Below the pieces are notes generated by a model, which searched no databases, was not told the origin of the DNA, and saw only the letters and a program-made list of their open reading frames with translations. Of a stretch of 64,000 nucleotides of DNA, positions 32,930-43,602 are shown piece by piece (within the stretch, counting starts at the first letter, position 1; the number at the start of each line of letters is the position of its first letter). The stretch comes from Plasmodiophora brassicae (taxonomy: Eukaryota). Location: positions 62,001 through 126,000 of the forward strand of contig CP145423.1 in NCBI GenBank assembly GCA_036867785.1. Reading direction: 5' to 3'. A program made the translations under genes and the position numbers.

Positions 32930-35388
32930 TTACATGTCTGCCAGGTTGTCCATCAGGTTACGTACGGCCGTTTCCCGAGCCCGTTGCTGGGATAGGCGAC
33001 GTCGCCGCCAGATGCCAGCCCAGGTGACGATGAGGGCGACAAACAGGACGACGGCGACCCATGGTGAGACAGCCAGTGCCCAGGACGGCCAATGAATCGA
33101 CGGCAAGCCGAACGGTGTGCTGTCGACAGTTGTTGGGCGGGCGTCTATCGCCTGCGCCGCCTTGCTGGTGCTAACCCGCAGCAGGCCACGAGGCGCACCA
33201 CTCGAGGTCGCTTGTCGGCGAATTGGGATGCCTGTCGACGCCGTGCGCCTGGACGACGCGCCCGCGCTCGTGCGACGACGTCGCGATGCCTGGGACGATG
33301 CCTTACCGCGAATCGGGACAGCGATCGTGGCCGCGCGTCTGGAGGACTTGCCTGCGCTCGTGCGACGACGTACTGGCTTGGACGATGTCTTACCGCGAAT
33401 CGGGACAGCGATCGTGGTCCTGCGCCTGGAGGACTTGCCCGCGCTCGTGCGACGACGCACTGACTTGGACGATGTCTTACCGCGAATCGGGACAGCGATC
33501 GTGGTCCTGCGCCTGGAGGACTTGCCCGCGCTCGTGCGACGACGTACTGACTTGGGCGATGTCTTACCGCGAATCGGGACAGCGATCGTGGTATTTCGTC
33601 TGGAGGACTTGCCTGCGCTCGTGCGACGACGCGCCGACTTGGACGATGTCTTACCGCGATTCGGGACAGCGATCGTGGTCCTGCGCCTGGAGGACTTGCC
33701 TGCGCTCGTGCGACGACGCGCCGACTTGGACGATGTCTTACCACGATTCGGGACAGCGATCGTGGTCCTGCGCCTGGAGGACTTGCCTGCGCTCGTGCGA
33801 CGACGTACTGACTTGGACGATGTCTTACCGCGAATCGGGACAGCGATCGTGGTCCTGCGCCTGGTAGTCGCCAGCCTTCTCGATGTGCAGGCTAACGCGA
33901 CGGTGACGATTGCGTTCACGGGAACGCTGACGTTGAACGATGCCGACGAGGCCGACGCGGACAACGAGACGGTAGGTGCCGCCTGCGTGTTCCAGGACGT
34001 GGCACCAGTAATGACCGGCTGGCAGGTTGGGCAGCAGAAGCCGTCGAGCGCGACGATTGCCGTCTGGCTGCTGGGTGACGCGTTGACGATGGCGACCGTG
34101 ACGTTGCTGCCGGCAGTAGTCGTGGCCAGCGCCATCGCCGACAGGTTGCCATGCAGCAGGATCGGACGCAGGACGACCCCATGACGGGGCAAACGCGATG
34201 TGATCGCCCTGAACGCATCGTACACCGGCCTGGCTGTGCCGTCGGCGCCCAGCAGGCCCCAATCCGATGTCGTTGCCGACGGTTGATGATGGATCTCCCA
34301 GATGAGAGCGCCATTGGCGCCTGCATAGATGAGCTCCAGCAGATTGCTGGCGACTCGCGCCGCGTACGGGACCGACGAATGGTTGCCGGCGACGCCATTG
34401 AACACGAACGCCGTCGTCGCGAATTCCGTCACGATCAACGGGAGACTGGACGGGTACGAGCTCGCCGCCATGGCGGCGAAGTGTCGCCGCATCCACTGCT
34501 GCCCGTTGATCGCGTTCACGCTCGTATCCCATTCGTAGGCGTGGACGGACCAGGCGCCCAGCAGCGAGGCGTCCACCGACCCGACGTACCTGGTGGCATC
34601 GATCAGGCGCGCGGCAAACGACGAACGAGCGCTGACACACGTACTGGTCGACAGGTGCAACGTGGGACAGGCCCGGACCGACAATCCGGACGTGAGACAG
34701 GCCGCGTCGGTCCAGGTCGGATCGTGTCGCCCGCAGGACGTCCTGGTACAGGGTGCCGTTCACCATGTTGCTCCAGGTGCCATCCGGTTCGTTGAGCAGC
34801 TCGAGGTACGGGAACCGGAACCCGGTCAGCGCCTCGAGGTAGGCGACGCCGGCGGCCAGCGTCAGCCCATAGACGCGGCAGAACGGGGGCAACAGGACAT
34901 GGTTGCCGTTGACCGCCTGCAGCCAGGTCGCTGGCATACCGGCCCGGATGCCGATTGTGAGGACGACGTCGACGCCGGACGCGTTCAGCATCGCAACCGA
35001 CTGCCTGACGGCGCTGCCGGACGGGAACGCGCTCCAGACGGCGTCGAGCTGGGCGGGCGTGGCCGACGGCGGCAGCGTCGTTAGCCGCGCGATCAAATCG
35101 TCGGGAACGTCGCTCCATAGTCGAACTAGGCCGATGTTCAGGTCTGCGACGGCCTGCCTGATGGACACGTCGCCCGGCCAGACAGTGCCGCCAACCCCTA
35201 CGCGCCAGAACACCAACCGTTGGATCGAACATGTGTGTGCCAGGAACAGGGTTCGATCAGCGCGTACCGATCCACGGTCGGGCGTTCGTGACGTTGCCGT
35301 CGAATCGGATATTGGCGGACGCCTGCGACGGGTCGAGCATCAGCCCAGCGACAAGGATGGCGGCGACGGCCACCTCGCTGCGAGTCAT
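32930..35388 (-). CDS. Membrane-anchored secreted clan GH-A glycoside hydrolase with a basic repeat stalk
   Basis: Signal MTRSEVAVAAILVAGLMLDPSQA. Acid/base 'LELLNEPDG', 'WSVHAY', nucleophile 'IVTEFA', 'ALIWE'. Beta-rich domain, 29-aa repeats, C-terminal TM (WVAVVLFVALIVTWAGIW-RRRR). Confidence 0.8.
33250..33862 (-). repeat. 87-bp coding tandem repeat, ~7 copies (RRTTIAVPIRGKTSSKSVRRRTSAGKSSR)
   Basis: Equivalent unit positions at 33294, 33381, 33468, 33555, 33642, 33729, 33816. Confidence 0.95.
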
Positions 35389-35686
35389 GATACGCGACGA
35401 CAAGTGTGGCACCCAGATATCGGGTGCGATTCGAGCCGCCCCGCACCCACATATCTTCGAAAGCAAACCCCCGACGGCGCGGGCCCTGTCCGATCTGAAC
35501 AGCGACCCGACCGAATCTGGCACCCGAATTGTCTGTGGGCCGAGCGCCGAGGCGTCAGAGAACGGTCACTGGAGTCACGGTCCAGTTTCGGCGGGTGCGG
35601 CATGTACGCACACGCACAGGCACGCGCCCTCCTGCACGCTTGACCGCTGCCGGCCTGCGAGCCCATTCCTGCAAGTTCTTACCGCG

Positions 35687-37035
35687 ATGTACAGGGCGAC
35701 GAACATGGCGAACGCGGCCCGGCTGTTGCTCGGGTTCGCCCTCATCGGTACGCTGGCGGGCGCGGAGGACGTCGCGTCGTCCTGCGCGAGCACCGCCGGC
35801 GGCAACGACTACAACATGTCGCTGCACATCGCGTCCATCTTCATCCTCATGGCCGTGTCCGGCGCCGGCATCTTCACGTCGCTGACGCTGGGCACGTACC
35901 AGAACTCGCCCAAGCTGATGCGCGTCCTGCAGGTCGGCGGCGACTGGGACGCCACGCCTGCCCGCCGCTAGTCCTCCCCCCTGACAGCGTTCGTCGCAGA
36001 TCTTCAAAATGTTCGGCATCGGCGTGATCGCCGCGACGGCCTGGTGCCACCTGCTGACCGACGCGTACGCGCAGTTCTCCAACCCGTGCTTGGACCAGTC
36101 GTGGCAGGGGTACGGCGCCAACTTTGTCGGCGTGTTCGCGCTGGCGGCGTCGTTCGCGATCCAGCTCATTGAGCTGATGGCGGTCGGCCATGCCAAGCAC
36201 CGCCGGACGGCCTCGGACCTGGACCCGGAACCGTCCATGCCCGACAGCCTGACCGCGAAACAGGCCCTGCCCGCCAGCCATGGACACAATATCGAACTCG
36301 AGGGGCACTACCACGAGGACGGAGCCGGCCTGGTACGTGTGGCACCGCTGCATGATGTACGGCGAATGGACTGTGACGCCTGCCTGGATGAAGTCGACCC
36401 TGATCCTGGAGGCCGGCATCCTGTTCCACTCCCTCATCATCGGGATCACCCTGGGCGTCACTGTGGAATCCAGCCATTTCCAGACCCTGCTGATCGCCGT
36501 CTGCTTCCATCAGGTGCGTTCCGCCTGCGTTGCCGTTTGCGGAACAGGGTTGCCCACTAGGCGAGGCACAGATGTTTGAAGGTCTGGCACTGGGGGCGTT
36601 GATTGCCAACCTGAAGCGCGGGACGCTGTTCAAGTTCCTGGTGCTGGGCTTGCTGTACCCAATGGTGACGCCGATTGGTATCGCGATCGGCATCGGATGG
36701 CACAGCTCGTACAATGATAACTCGACCGCGGTCATCGTCGTGCAGGGTATCTTCGATTCCCTTTCGTCAGTTATCGATCATAATACCCGTGATGGCAAAC
36801 GCTGATGGTTTGTTGGCAGCGGCGGGATCCTCATGTACAATACCTACTGCGAGCTGATGTCTGTCGAGGTACCGACCAGACCAGGGGAATGTCAGCTGGG
36901 ATCACTAATGTATGCCTGTTCCAGATCAACCATAACAGGTCGTTCCGCAAGTTCTCACGTCGGTTCAAGGTCGTGAACATGGTGGCGATGTACCTCGGCG
37001 CGGCCGCTATGGCGATCCTTGCCTACTGGGCCTGA
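35687..37035 (+). CDS. ZIP family (Zrt/Irt-like) zinc/iron transporter
   Basis: 'LHIASIFILMAVSGAG', 'KMFGIGVIAATAWCHLL', 'LEAGILFHSLIIGITLG', 'FHQ|MFEGLALG', 'TPIGIAIG', 'MAILAYWA*'; multi-exon. Confidence 0.95.
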
Positions 37036-37611
37036 TCGCGCCATACCTCGTCGTCACAGGCCTATGCTCCTCAGTGCTGACGAGCATGTGGATACTGTCG
37101 TCGCCGTCATGCTGTATATACACTGCCGTACCGGCACACCTTTAGCGGTAGGCACCAGATCGTCAATGTCGACACGTGGACGTCGCGGTCGATGCCGAGC
37201 CGATCGTACATCGCGAGTCAACAATAACAGCCTTCGCCAAACGGTAGTAGACAATCTATTGTATAAGCATGACGACGTACGTACGTTACATAGACGGGCC
37301 GCGGTTCTACCACCAGAGGACCTCGACGTTCGCGGCGGTGGTCTGCCCAGGAGCCTGTACCGCGCCTGCCTGCTGGCGCTTAGAACGACATCGTCCGAAG
37401 CAGCAGCGGACGATGACGACGGTGAACGATAGTACAGCGACGGCACCACATGCCGCCACTATAGGGACCAGCGGCCATTTGGACAGCCAAGAGGCACCCT
37501 CGACACCAGCCTCCTGACCCGGTTCCGATGTATGCTCAGGCGATGACGTCTGAGCACCTGGGACAGACGCTGGAACGGCCTACGAAGCAACAGGACTTAG
37601 AGCCGGCGCTA

Positions 37612-39250
37612 TCACACATGAAGGAAGCAAACCTGCTCTCTCGCAGGGGATGCGTCAGAATCCGGCCGCTCGATCTCCGGTTGACTCGCAGGTGCGCCTT
37701 CCCGCGAGGAACCGCTGTTGGCCGACACGGCAGGCGACTGAGGTGTGCCCTGTATGGTACACAACATTAGACTGCCTTGTACGAGTGCGACAATACGTTC
37801 TTCAACCTCTGAGACGTCAATAGGGTAGCGAGCCTGCTCTGTCGAATGTGATGCGTCAGAATGCGGCCGCCCGATCTCCGGTTGACTCGCAGGCCCGCCT
37901 TCCCGCGAGGAACCGCTGTTGGCCGACTCGGCAGGCGACTGAGGTGTGCCCTGTATGGTACACAACATTAGACTGCCTTGTACGAGTGCGACAATACGTT
38001 CTTCGACCTCTGAGACGTCAAGAGGCACTAACGCCGACGGTTCGCGGACGCTGCTGTCGGTCGGTTCCTCAGCAAAGTGCTCATCGTCCGGAAATGACGA
38101 GCCAGGTTGCCCTTCAGGCTGATCTGGAGGCGCCGCCGCTTGGCCTGCTGACGTGTAAACGTCGCCGTCGTCTCGCAACGCAGGAGCGCTTGTCGATGAA
38201 CATGAATCGTCGACAACGTCGTTTGAGTCGGGGTCCGCCCAAACACTGGAACCTCCGTATACACTGAGCTCGCGCCCCGCTTCGGTTTCATCCTGGTCAC
38301 TTTCCGCAACGTCGGGATCAGCAGCAGGAGCAGCAATTACTCCCGAGGACGATCCCAGGACTTCGTCGAGAGAAGCAACAGATAACCGGAACCAGCAGAA
38401 CCAATGGCCCCATTGCGGTGCGCAAGTCCTGGTCGATGGCGGCGTCTTATCCATGATATCGCTCGTCACTCGAATTCCCCTAGGCAAGTAATTGCTGTCA
38501 GCTGGTGCCAGGTTAACATATCGATGGCGGCGTTACAGCGTGAAGTCTGTGCATCCAGAATCGAGGATAAGCTTGACGAATCGGAGAGGAAGCGTATCGT
38601 AGGTGAAAGGTGACGAGTCTTTCAATTCAAGGGCAACTCTTTCCACCTTCGTTATAGCGCTAGCCTCGTTCATCCGAGCTCGCATAGACGCAGCTTCCTG
38701 AAACGTGAATAGTGTCCTGCAAGCTAGAACTGAGTATGGCAGGTGCGTCGTTCCATCCGTCCCGTACAGGTGAATAACGTCGACAGAAGATGCCAGATCG
38801 GACGTGAGCAAATGGAAATGCGATGGGTTCGAGAGTCGCAGATGCAGCCGTTTGACACGGTGAGGCAGCATGCGCAGGGAACGGGAATGAATTCTTCCGT
38901 TGAACGACGGCTCGATGGTGATGGTGAGGCTACATCGACGATAAGGTTTCCCAGTTCCCATCGAATGTGTCCTTGCGGTGCCGCGTACCTGTCCTCCGTT
39001 GGGAACCCTTCTGCCCTGTCAAGGGACGGCAACTGGACCGGCTGACCGGTGTTGCGGTATCTGTGGCTGGGTGAGCGGCAGCCAGACCACAACGCTGGCG
39101 ACGACGCTGTACCGCAGTTCTGAGACGTCAGGGACGGCATCTCGGGTCAGGTGCCCCAAATTGACGAACCTGGCATTGTCGACGGTCAGCGCTACGACGA
39201 AGGCGACTGGCAACCTCGGGACGCTTACGTTATCGCGTTGATCGCATCGT
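37612..39250 (-). CDS. Hypothetical multi-exon protein with acidic, low-complexity C-terminus
   Basis: Chain of minus-strand ORFs (39019-39213, 38724-39140, 38533-38961, 37612-38487) with plausible splice sites. Ends uncertain. Confidence 0.35.
37632..38021. repeat. Two-copy direct repeat, period 201 bp
   Basis: 37632-37820 is nearly identical to 37833-38021. It encodes the duplicated DVSEVEERIVALVQG...PASQPEI in the minus-strand ORF 37612-38487. Confidence 0.9.
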
Positions 39251-40076
39251 GCGTAATGCTCTGCAGGGCGCCTTCGACAACGCCGTTGACGTTGGAGAGC
39301 CTGGTGAGCCGGTTAGGCCACAGCGCGGCACGCCCAACGGTTATGCACGCACTGAAGTTGCTGGGTTTCCAGGCGAGTCGCCGTCAGCTGCTTCTTAATC
39401 GAATGCCCCTGGAAGTCGATCTCGAGGTAGAACATCGAGCTGCATCCGACCAGCCAGTCATGTGTCGACGGCGACGGCGGATCCGACAGCATCGTGCTAG
39501 ACGCGCAACCAATTCAGCGGCCGGGCGTTCCATCGTCCACCGCGCACGTCGTTCACATTTTGTTGTACATCTCATGAGAGTCGCTTGAGCAGCGCGCCGC
39601 CCTGAACTTGGGCGAACAGGCCCGGCAGTCCGTTAACCTGCGCGCGGGCCCTGCTGATCAGCCGGGTGGCGATCACGAATATCGGACGTCGTCGGCGCCC
39701 CCCCTCACCATACGGCTCCGCAGAGCACGCCCGCGTGCACCAGCAGGACAACGGCCACGCACCGCCACGACATGTCGAATGTTCCGCCCACCGCGGGCGG
39801 ACGCCCCCCTCAACTGTTACGCGCCGACGGTGCCCCTTACGATACAGGAACGCGTGCGCCGCGGCTCCCTTGGCTGGGGCGGGCCACGGCTGCAGGTTCC
39901 GCCAGGACCGCCACGCGCTGTCGGGCCGCGTCAAAATAGAACGCGCGCCGTGGGATGCCCCCCGAAAGATCGTGTGGTCATGTTCTATTTTGGGGGGAGG
40001 GGGGTGTGGCCGGGACGACCGACCCGCGGTCGCAGCCACGGGGCCCTGGGCCTCGTCACCGTCCGACGCGGTCATC

Positions 40077-41018
40077 ATGTCGGTACGCGCGGGCGCAGGG
40101 CTGTCTGCCGTCGCCGTCGTCGCCCTGCTGATGAACTACACGCTGCTGCGGTTGATGACGGAAGAGCGTCCGTCGTCGACGACGGGCGCCCGGTCACCGG
40201 AGGACGTCGCAGGCCCGACCGCTCCGTTCTGCCCGGCCGCGTTCGCGTATTTCATAACGGGGGAGGCGGGGCTGCCCGACCACATGCGCGACAGCCTGTC
40301 GTCGGACCGGTCCGTGATATTCACGCTGAGCTATAAGGAGGAGACGTCGTCGACGGACGTATTCCTGCCCGACTCCACGTGGACCGACGCGCGCAACCGC
40401 CTGTACGAATTCGGCCTGGAGTGGCAGCAGGAGCACAACTGCGTCTTCCAGTTCTGGACGTTCGTCGACTCGGATCTGCGCCTAACGCCCAAGCCCGACG
40501 GGGACGCGCCCGTGAACCCATTGATTCGCGCGTACGAGGATATGCTGAGGGAATGGGAGCCAGCAGTGGCGATCCCGGGAACGGGACGACAGCCGGTTCA
40601 GAGTCGCGTCTGGATGGACGCCATGTTCATAACGTTCCACCACGAGGCCGTCGGCGTGGCGCTGCCGTATGACGGGTCGCTGGACGAGCAGTCGTGGTGG
40701 ATCTCGGGCCTGATCTGCATCTACAAGATGTCGAGATGGCTCGGGCACACGCTGCAGCTGGACGCCGGGTTCGACCTGGTGAACCCAGTCAGCAACCCGT
40801 ATCCTCGGAATATCGAGAACGTGCAGAAGGTTGAGCCCAGGCTCAAGTACCTGGTGCCCGAGCCGCTTCGCGACTGCCTCCTGAACGAGCCGTTCTCCGC
40901 CCGGTCGATCCGGTTCGAATGGTTCGCGGGCACGCCTAAGAAGAAGGACATGCACTACCGAGACCAAGCCACATGGTCTATCAGCGAAATCGTCAATTGC
41001 CCGTCAACCCTATACTAA
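40077..41018 (+). CDS. Type II membrane protein, putative GT-A-like glycosyltransferase
   Basis: N-terminal anchor (GLSAVAVVALLMNYTLL), 'STWTDARNRLY', DxD-like 'FVDSDL', 'EWEPAVA', 'DAMFITFH', 'LPYD', 'SWW'. Intronless. Confidence 0.6.
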   Translation: MSVRAGAGLSAVAVVALLMNYTLLRLMTEERPSSTTGARSPEDVAGPTAPFCPAAFAYFITGEAGLPDHMRDSLSSDRSVIFTLSYKEETSSTDVFLPDSTWTDARNRLYEFGLEWQQEHNCVFQFWTFVDSDLRLTPKPDGDAPVNPLIRAYEDMLREWEPAVAIPGTGRQPVQSRVWMDAMFITFHHEAVGVALPYDGSLDEQSWWISGLICIYKMSRWLGHTLQLDAGFDLVNPVSNPYPRNIENVQKVEPRLKYLVPEPLRDCLLNEPFSARSIRFEWFAGTPKKKDMHYRDQATWSISEIVNCPSTLY

Positions 41019-41442
41019 GTATATCCCCGGGCCGCCGCCCTGCCCGACTTCGACGTCGTGGCCGCCTCGCGCCCGACCCTGATATCTCATCCGCTACCGG
41101 CGAGTTCCTATGCGCTCGGGAGCGGATAGCGGCGTTTGCTTAGGCAATGGCTCTGGACGCGCGACATCAGGCCACCCGACGAGCAGGCATCGTGCCGCTG
41201 GGCGGCCATGCGATCAGGTCACTTCCGAATGCAAGTACTAGGAACGGCAGTACTGTCGGACACCGTTGCGATCCGTCCCACGGATTCACCTCAGCCAGAG
41301 CCGGGTTGACCGACTATCGTCAGTCCCCGCTCGCAAGTGATATATGACTGGTTACATGTCGATGCCAGACAAAGCTTCCTGCTCGGAATCGGTCGGTCCT
41401 TATCAAGAGAATAGCTGTACGCTATAGTATTGTGCAATGGAG

Positions 41443-43602
41443 CTATTGAACGGAGCAGCGCGGCTGATCAGGAGCTGGTGGCGGTCCCGGCGACGGTGCC
41501 GATGGCGGATCACCGTCCGAACCTGGCACCAGCTCTAGGGCGCCGGGCGTTGGGGTGCAGCTGACAGACTTGAGCTTATTGTCGATAAACCGTGCAAACC
41601 CGTACACGTTTCCATCCCCGTCGTAAATTGGGCACCCGCAGATTCCCGACATGTCAATGGCGTTGGGCAGCATCGTCGTAATCTGGAAAACGTGAAGGCA
41701 CGTATGGTATGTGCCGTCGGCGTTCCCGAACGCCGAAACCACACCGACATACGTCAGCGAGAGTGGGCGAGCTGGAGCAAGGTGGAAATCCAGGTAGCAC
41801 GTGGTTTGCTTCAGGGTAAGGTTGATGGGCGCGAACCGGAGAAGCCTGATGCCGCCGACCATGTTCTTGAACTGTACGTTGCCCAGATCAACCGAAAGCA
41901 GGGACAGGCCGGTAGTATTGTCACGGCAATCTGCATCATTGATGACAGGCTCGATTCGGTCGAACGTGTGGTGGAACACGCCCACTGGCTGCGACGTCGT
42001 GCCGCAATGGTACACGACCTTGCCGTGCAGGCGCCGCCGCCGTTGCTTCCTGAACATCAACCAGTATTGCACCAGGTCGCGCGCGCTCTTGACCGGTTCA
42101 ACGGCGGGCGTGTGAGGAAAGAACCCATGCGTCGAATACGTCAGCACGGTCTGACCCTGCCAGGTGCATAGGACGCCTGCCGACGTGATCGGGCAGCGCC
42201 GCGAGTGCCGGACGATGGACCCGGGCCGCAGGTTCGGCCACAGGTTGTGCTGGGCGATGAAGGCGGGCGAGAAGTTCAGGACGTCGCCACCCTGCGTCAA
42301 CGGCATCACGCGTCGCAAGCGCACCGTCAGGCCGCCGATCGTCGCCGGGTGCTGCCACGGGTGGACGAACGTGCCGTGTGGAACGCCAAGCCACATCTCG
42401 GTCGCCGTGCACCAAATCGACTTCGCCCAGGGGAACGCGTCGCCGATCATCTTCATTTGCCGGCCGTCGACGGCCACCCGAACACGTGTGCCGTCGGGCA
42501 GTGGGTCCATCGGGCGCTCGACGTCGCCCTGGAACGCGGGATGGGCGACGATATTCGGGTACAGGTTGGCGTGCATAAAGAAGCGCTTCCCGCCGACGTA
42601 CTCGAACGCGAACCCGAAATCGGAGAAGTCGGGGACGACCGCGTGCAGGTACGGGCCGTCGACGTGGAAGATGGCGTGCGACCCCAGGCGCAGCGAATGC
42701 AGGGCCAGGAGTGTGTCCCATTGAACCTCGTTGCCGATGTCGACGCCGTCCAGCGGGTCACGACGGAATCCGACCTCGTCGTCTCCGGGATCGCCCGGCG
42801 TCGTCATGGCCAGACGACGACGTTCTGCGGGCGAGGCCCCCATATGGCATAGCATCAGCACGCTCGGCAGGAACGGCAGGTCACTGGCCGGGGTGGAGTC
42901 GCAAAGCTCGTCGTCGACGCGCTCGATGTCGCACTTCAAGTGCACCAGCGACCTGGTGTTCACGAGAACGGCCTCGGCGTCGGCGTGGCGGCCCAGACGA
43001 CGCAGTATGCCGGCCGACATCAGCCCCATTGTCAGGGCCTCGTAATCGGGGGCTCCCGGTTGGCGCCGCGCTTCCGTAAGCAGGGCGAGCGCGACGCGAT
43101 CCTCCACGAGCTGGGCGCTGACGATCAGCCATGTTGTGTCGTGCACCGGGTCCGGCCAGGCTGCCATCAGCGAGGAAAGGTCGGCCGACGACGACTTGCG
43201 CCCAATCTGTTGTTGGACGAACCGTAGAAACAAGGCCTGACTACCGACGATATCGTTGGTCGTGTAGGCCAGCGCGCGGCGCGAAACAGGCTCCTCTGAG
43301 GTGAAGCACTCGTTGTGCACGTCGCGATAGTGGGACTGCGCCTCGCCGATTGGGTGAAGGTGGCGATCGCACAGGAGGCACGGGACGGGACATGCTTCCC
43401 GGTGGTCAGCGTACGCGGCCGCGTCGACGAACGCGCGGCAAGCCTCGCAGAAGCGAGGCCGCTCCCTGCATGATCGATCCTGGTGGGCGACCAGGGCCAC
43501 CGGCGCGAGGCGTATGCCACATCGGCACGCGATCGTCAATCCAAGTAGTACGGGCGCCGCAGCGACGCTCTCCGCCATCGTCGCGGTGCCAGTTGCCACC
43601 AC
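41443..43602 (-). CDS. Zn-finger (TRAF-like) plus C-terminal trypsin-fold-like protein
   Basis: 719-aa ORF. N-terminal C/H clusters (CRC..H..C..CEAC..H..C..CLLC..H..H). C-terminal 'LRPGS..TSAGVL..TYSTHGF..LSLL..SGICGCPIY..VYGF'. Start may be 43578. Confidence 0.7.
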   Translation of the reverse strand: MVATGTATMAESVAAAPVLLGLTIACRCGIRLAPVALVAHQDRSCRERPRFCEACRAFVDAAAYADHREACPVPCLLCDRHLHPIGEAQSHYRDVHNECFTSEEPVSRRALAYTTNDIVGSQALFLRFVQQQIGRKSSSADLSSLMAAWPDPVHDTTWLIVSAQLVEDRVALALLTEARRQPGAPDYEALTMGLMSAGILRRLGRHADAEAVLVNTRSLVHLKCDIERVDDELCDSTPASDLPFLPSVLMLCHMGASPAERRRLAMTTPGDPGDDEVGFRRDPLDGVDIGNEVQWDTLLALHSLRLGSHAIFHVDGPYLHAVVPDFSDFGFAFEYVGGKRFFMHANLYPNIVAHPAFQGDVERPMDPLPDGTRVRVAVDGRQMKMIGDAFPWAKSIWCTATEMWLGVPHGTFVHPWQHPATIGGLTVRLRRVMPLTQGGDVLNFSPAFIAQHNLWPNLRPGSIVRHSRRCPITSAGVLCTWQGQTVLTYSTHGFFPHTPAVEPVKSARDLVQYWLMFRKQRRRRLHGKVVYHCGTTSQPVGVFHHTFDRIEPVINDADCRDNTTGLSLLSVDLGNVQFKNMVGGIRLLRFAPINLTLKQTTCYLDFHLAPARPLSLTYVGVVSAFGNADGTYHTCLHVFQITTMLPNAIDMSGICGCPIYDGDGNVYGFARFIDNKLKSVSCTPTPGALELVPGSDGDPPSAPSPGPPPAPDQPRCSVQ

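Noticed and set aside
33117-34184. Plus-strand ORF with LEDLPALVRRR repeats; array considered as possible CRISPR
   Set aside because: Antisense to the glycoside hydrolase. Units are contiguous 87-bp repeats with no unique spacers, there are no cas genes, and the context is eukaryotic.
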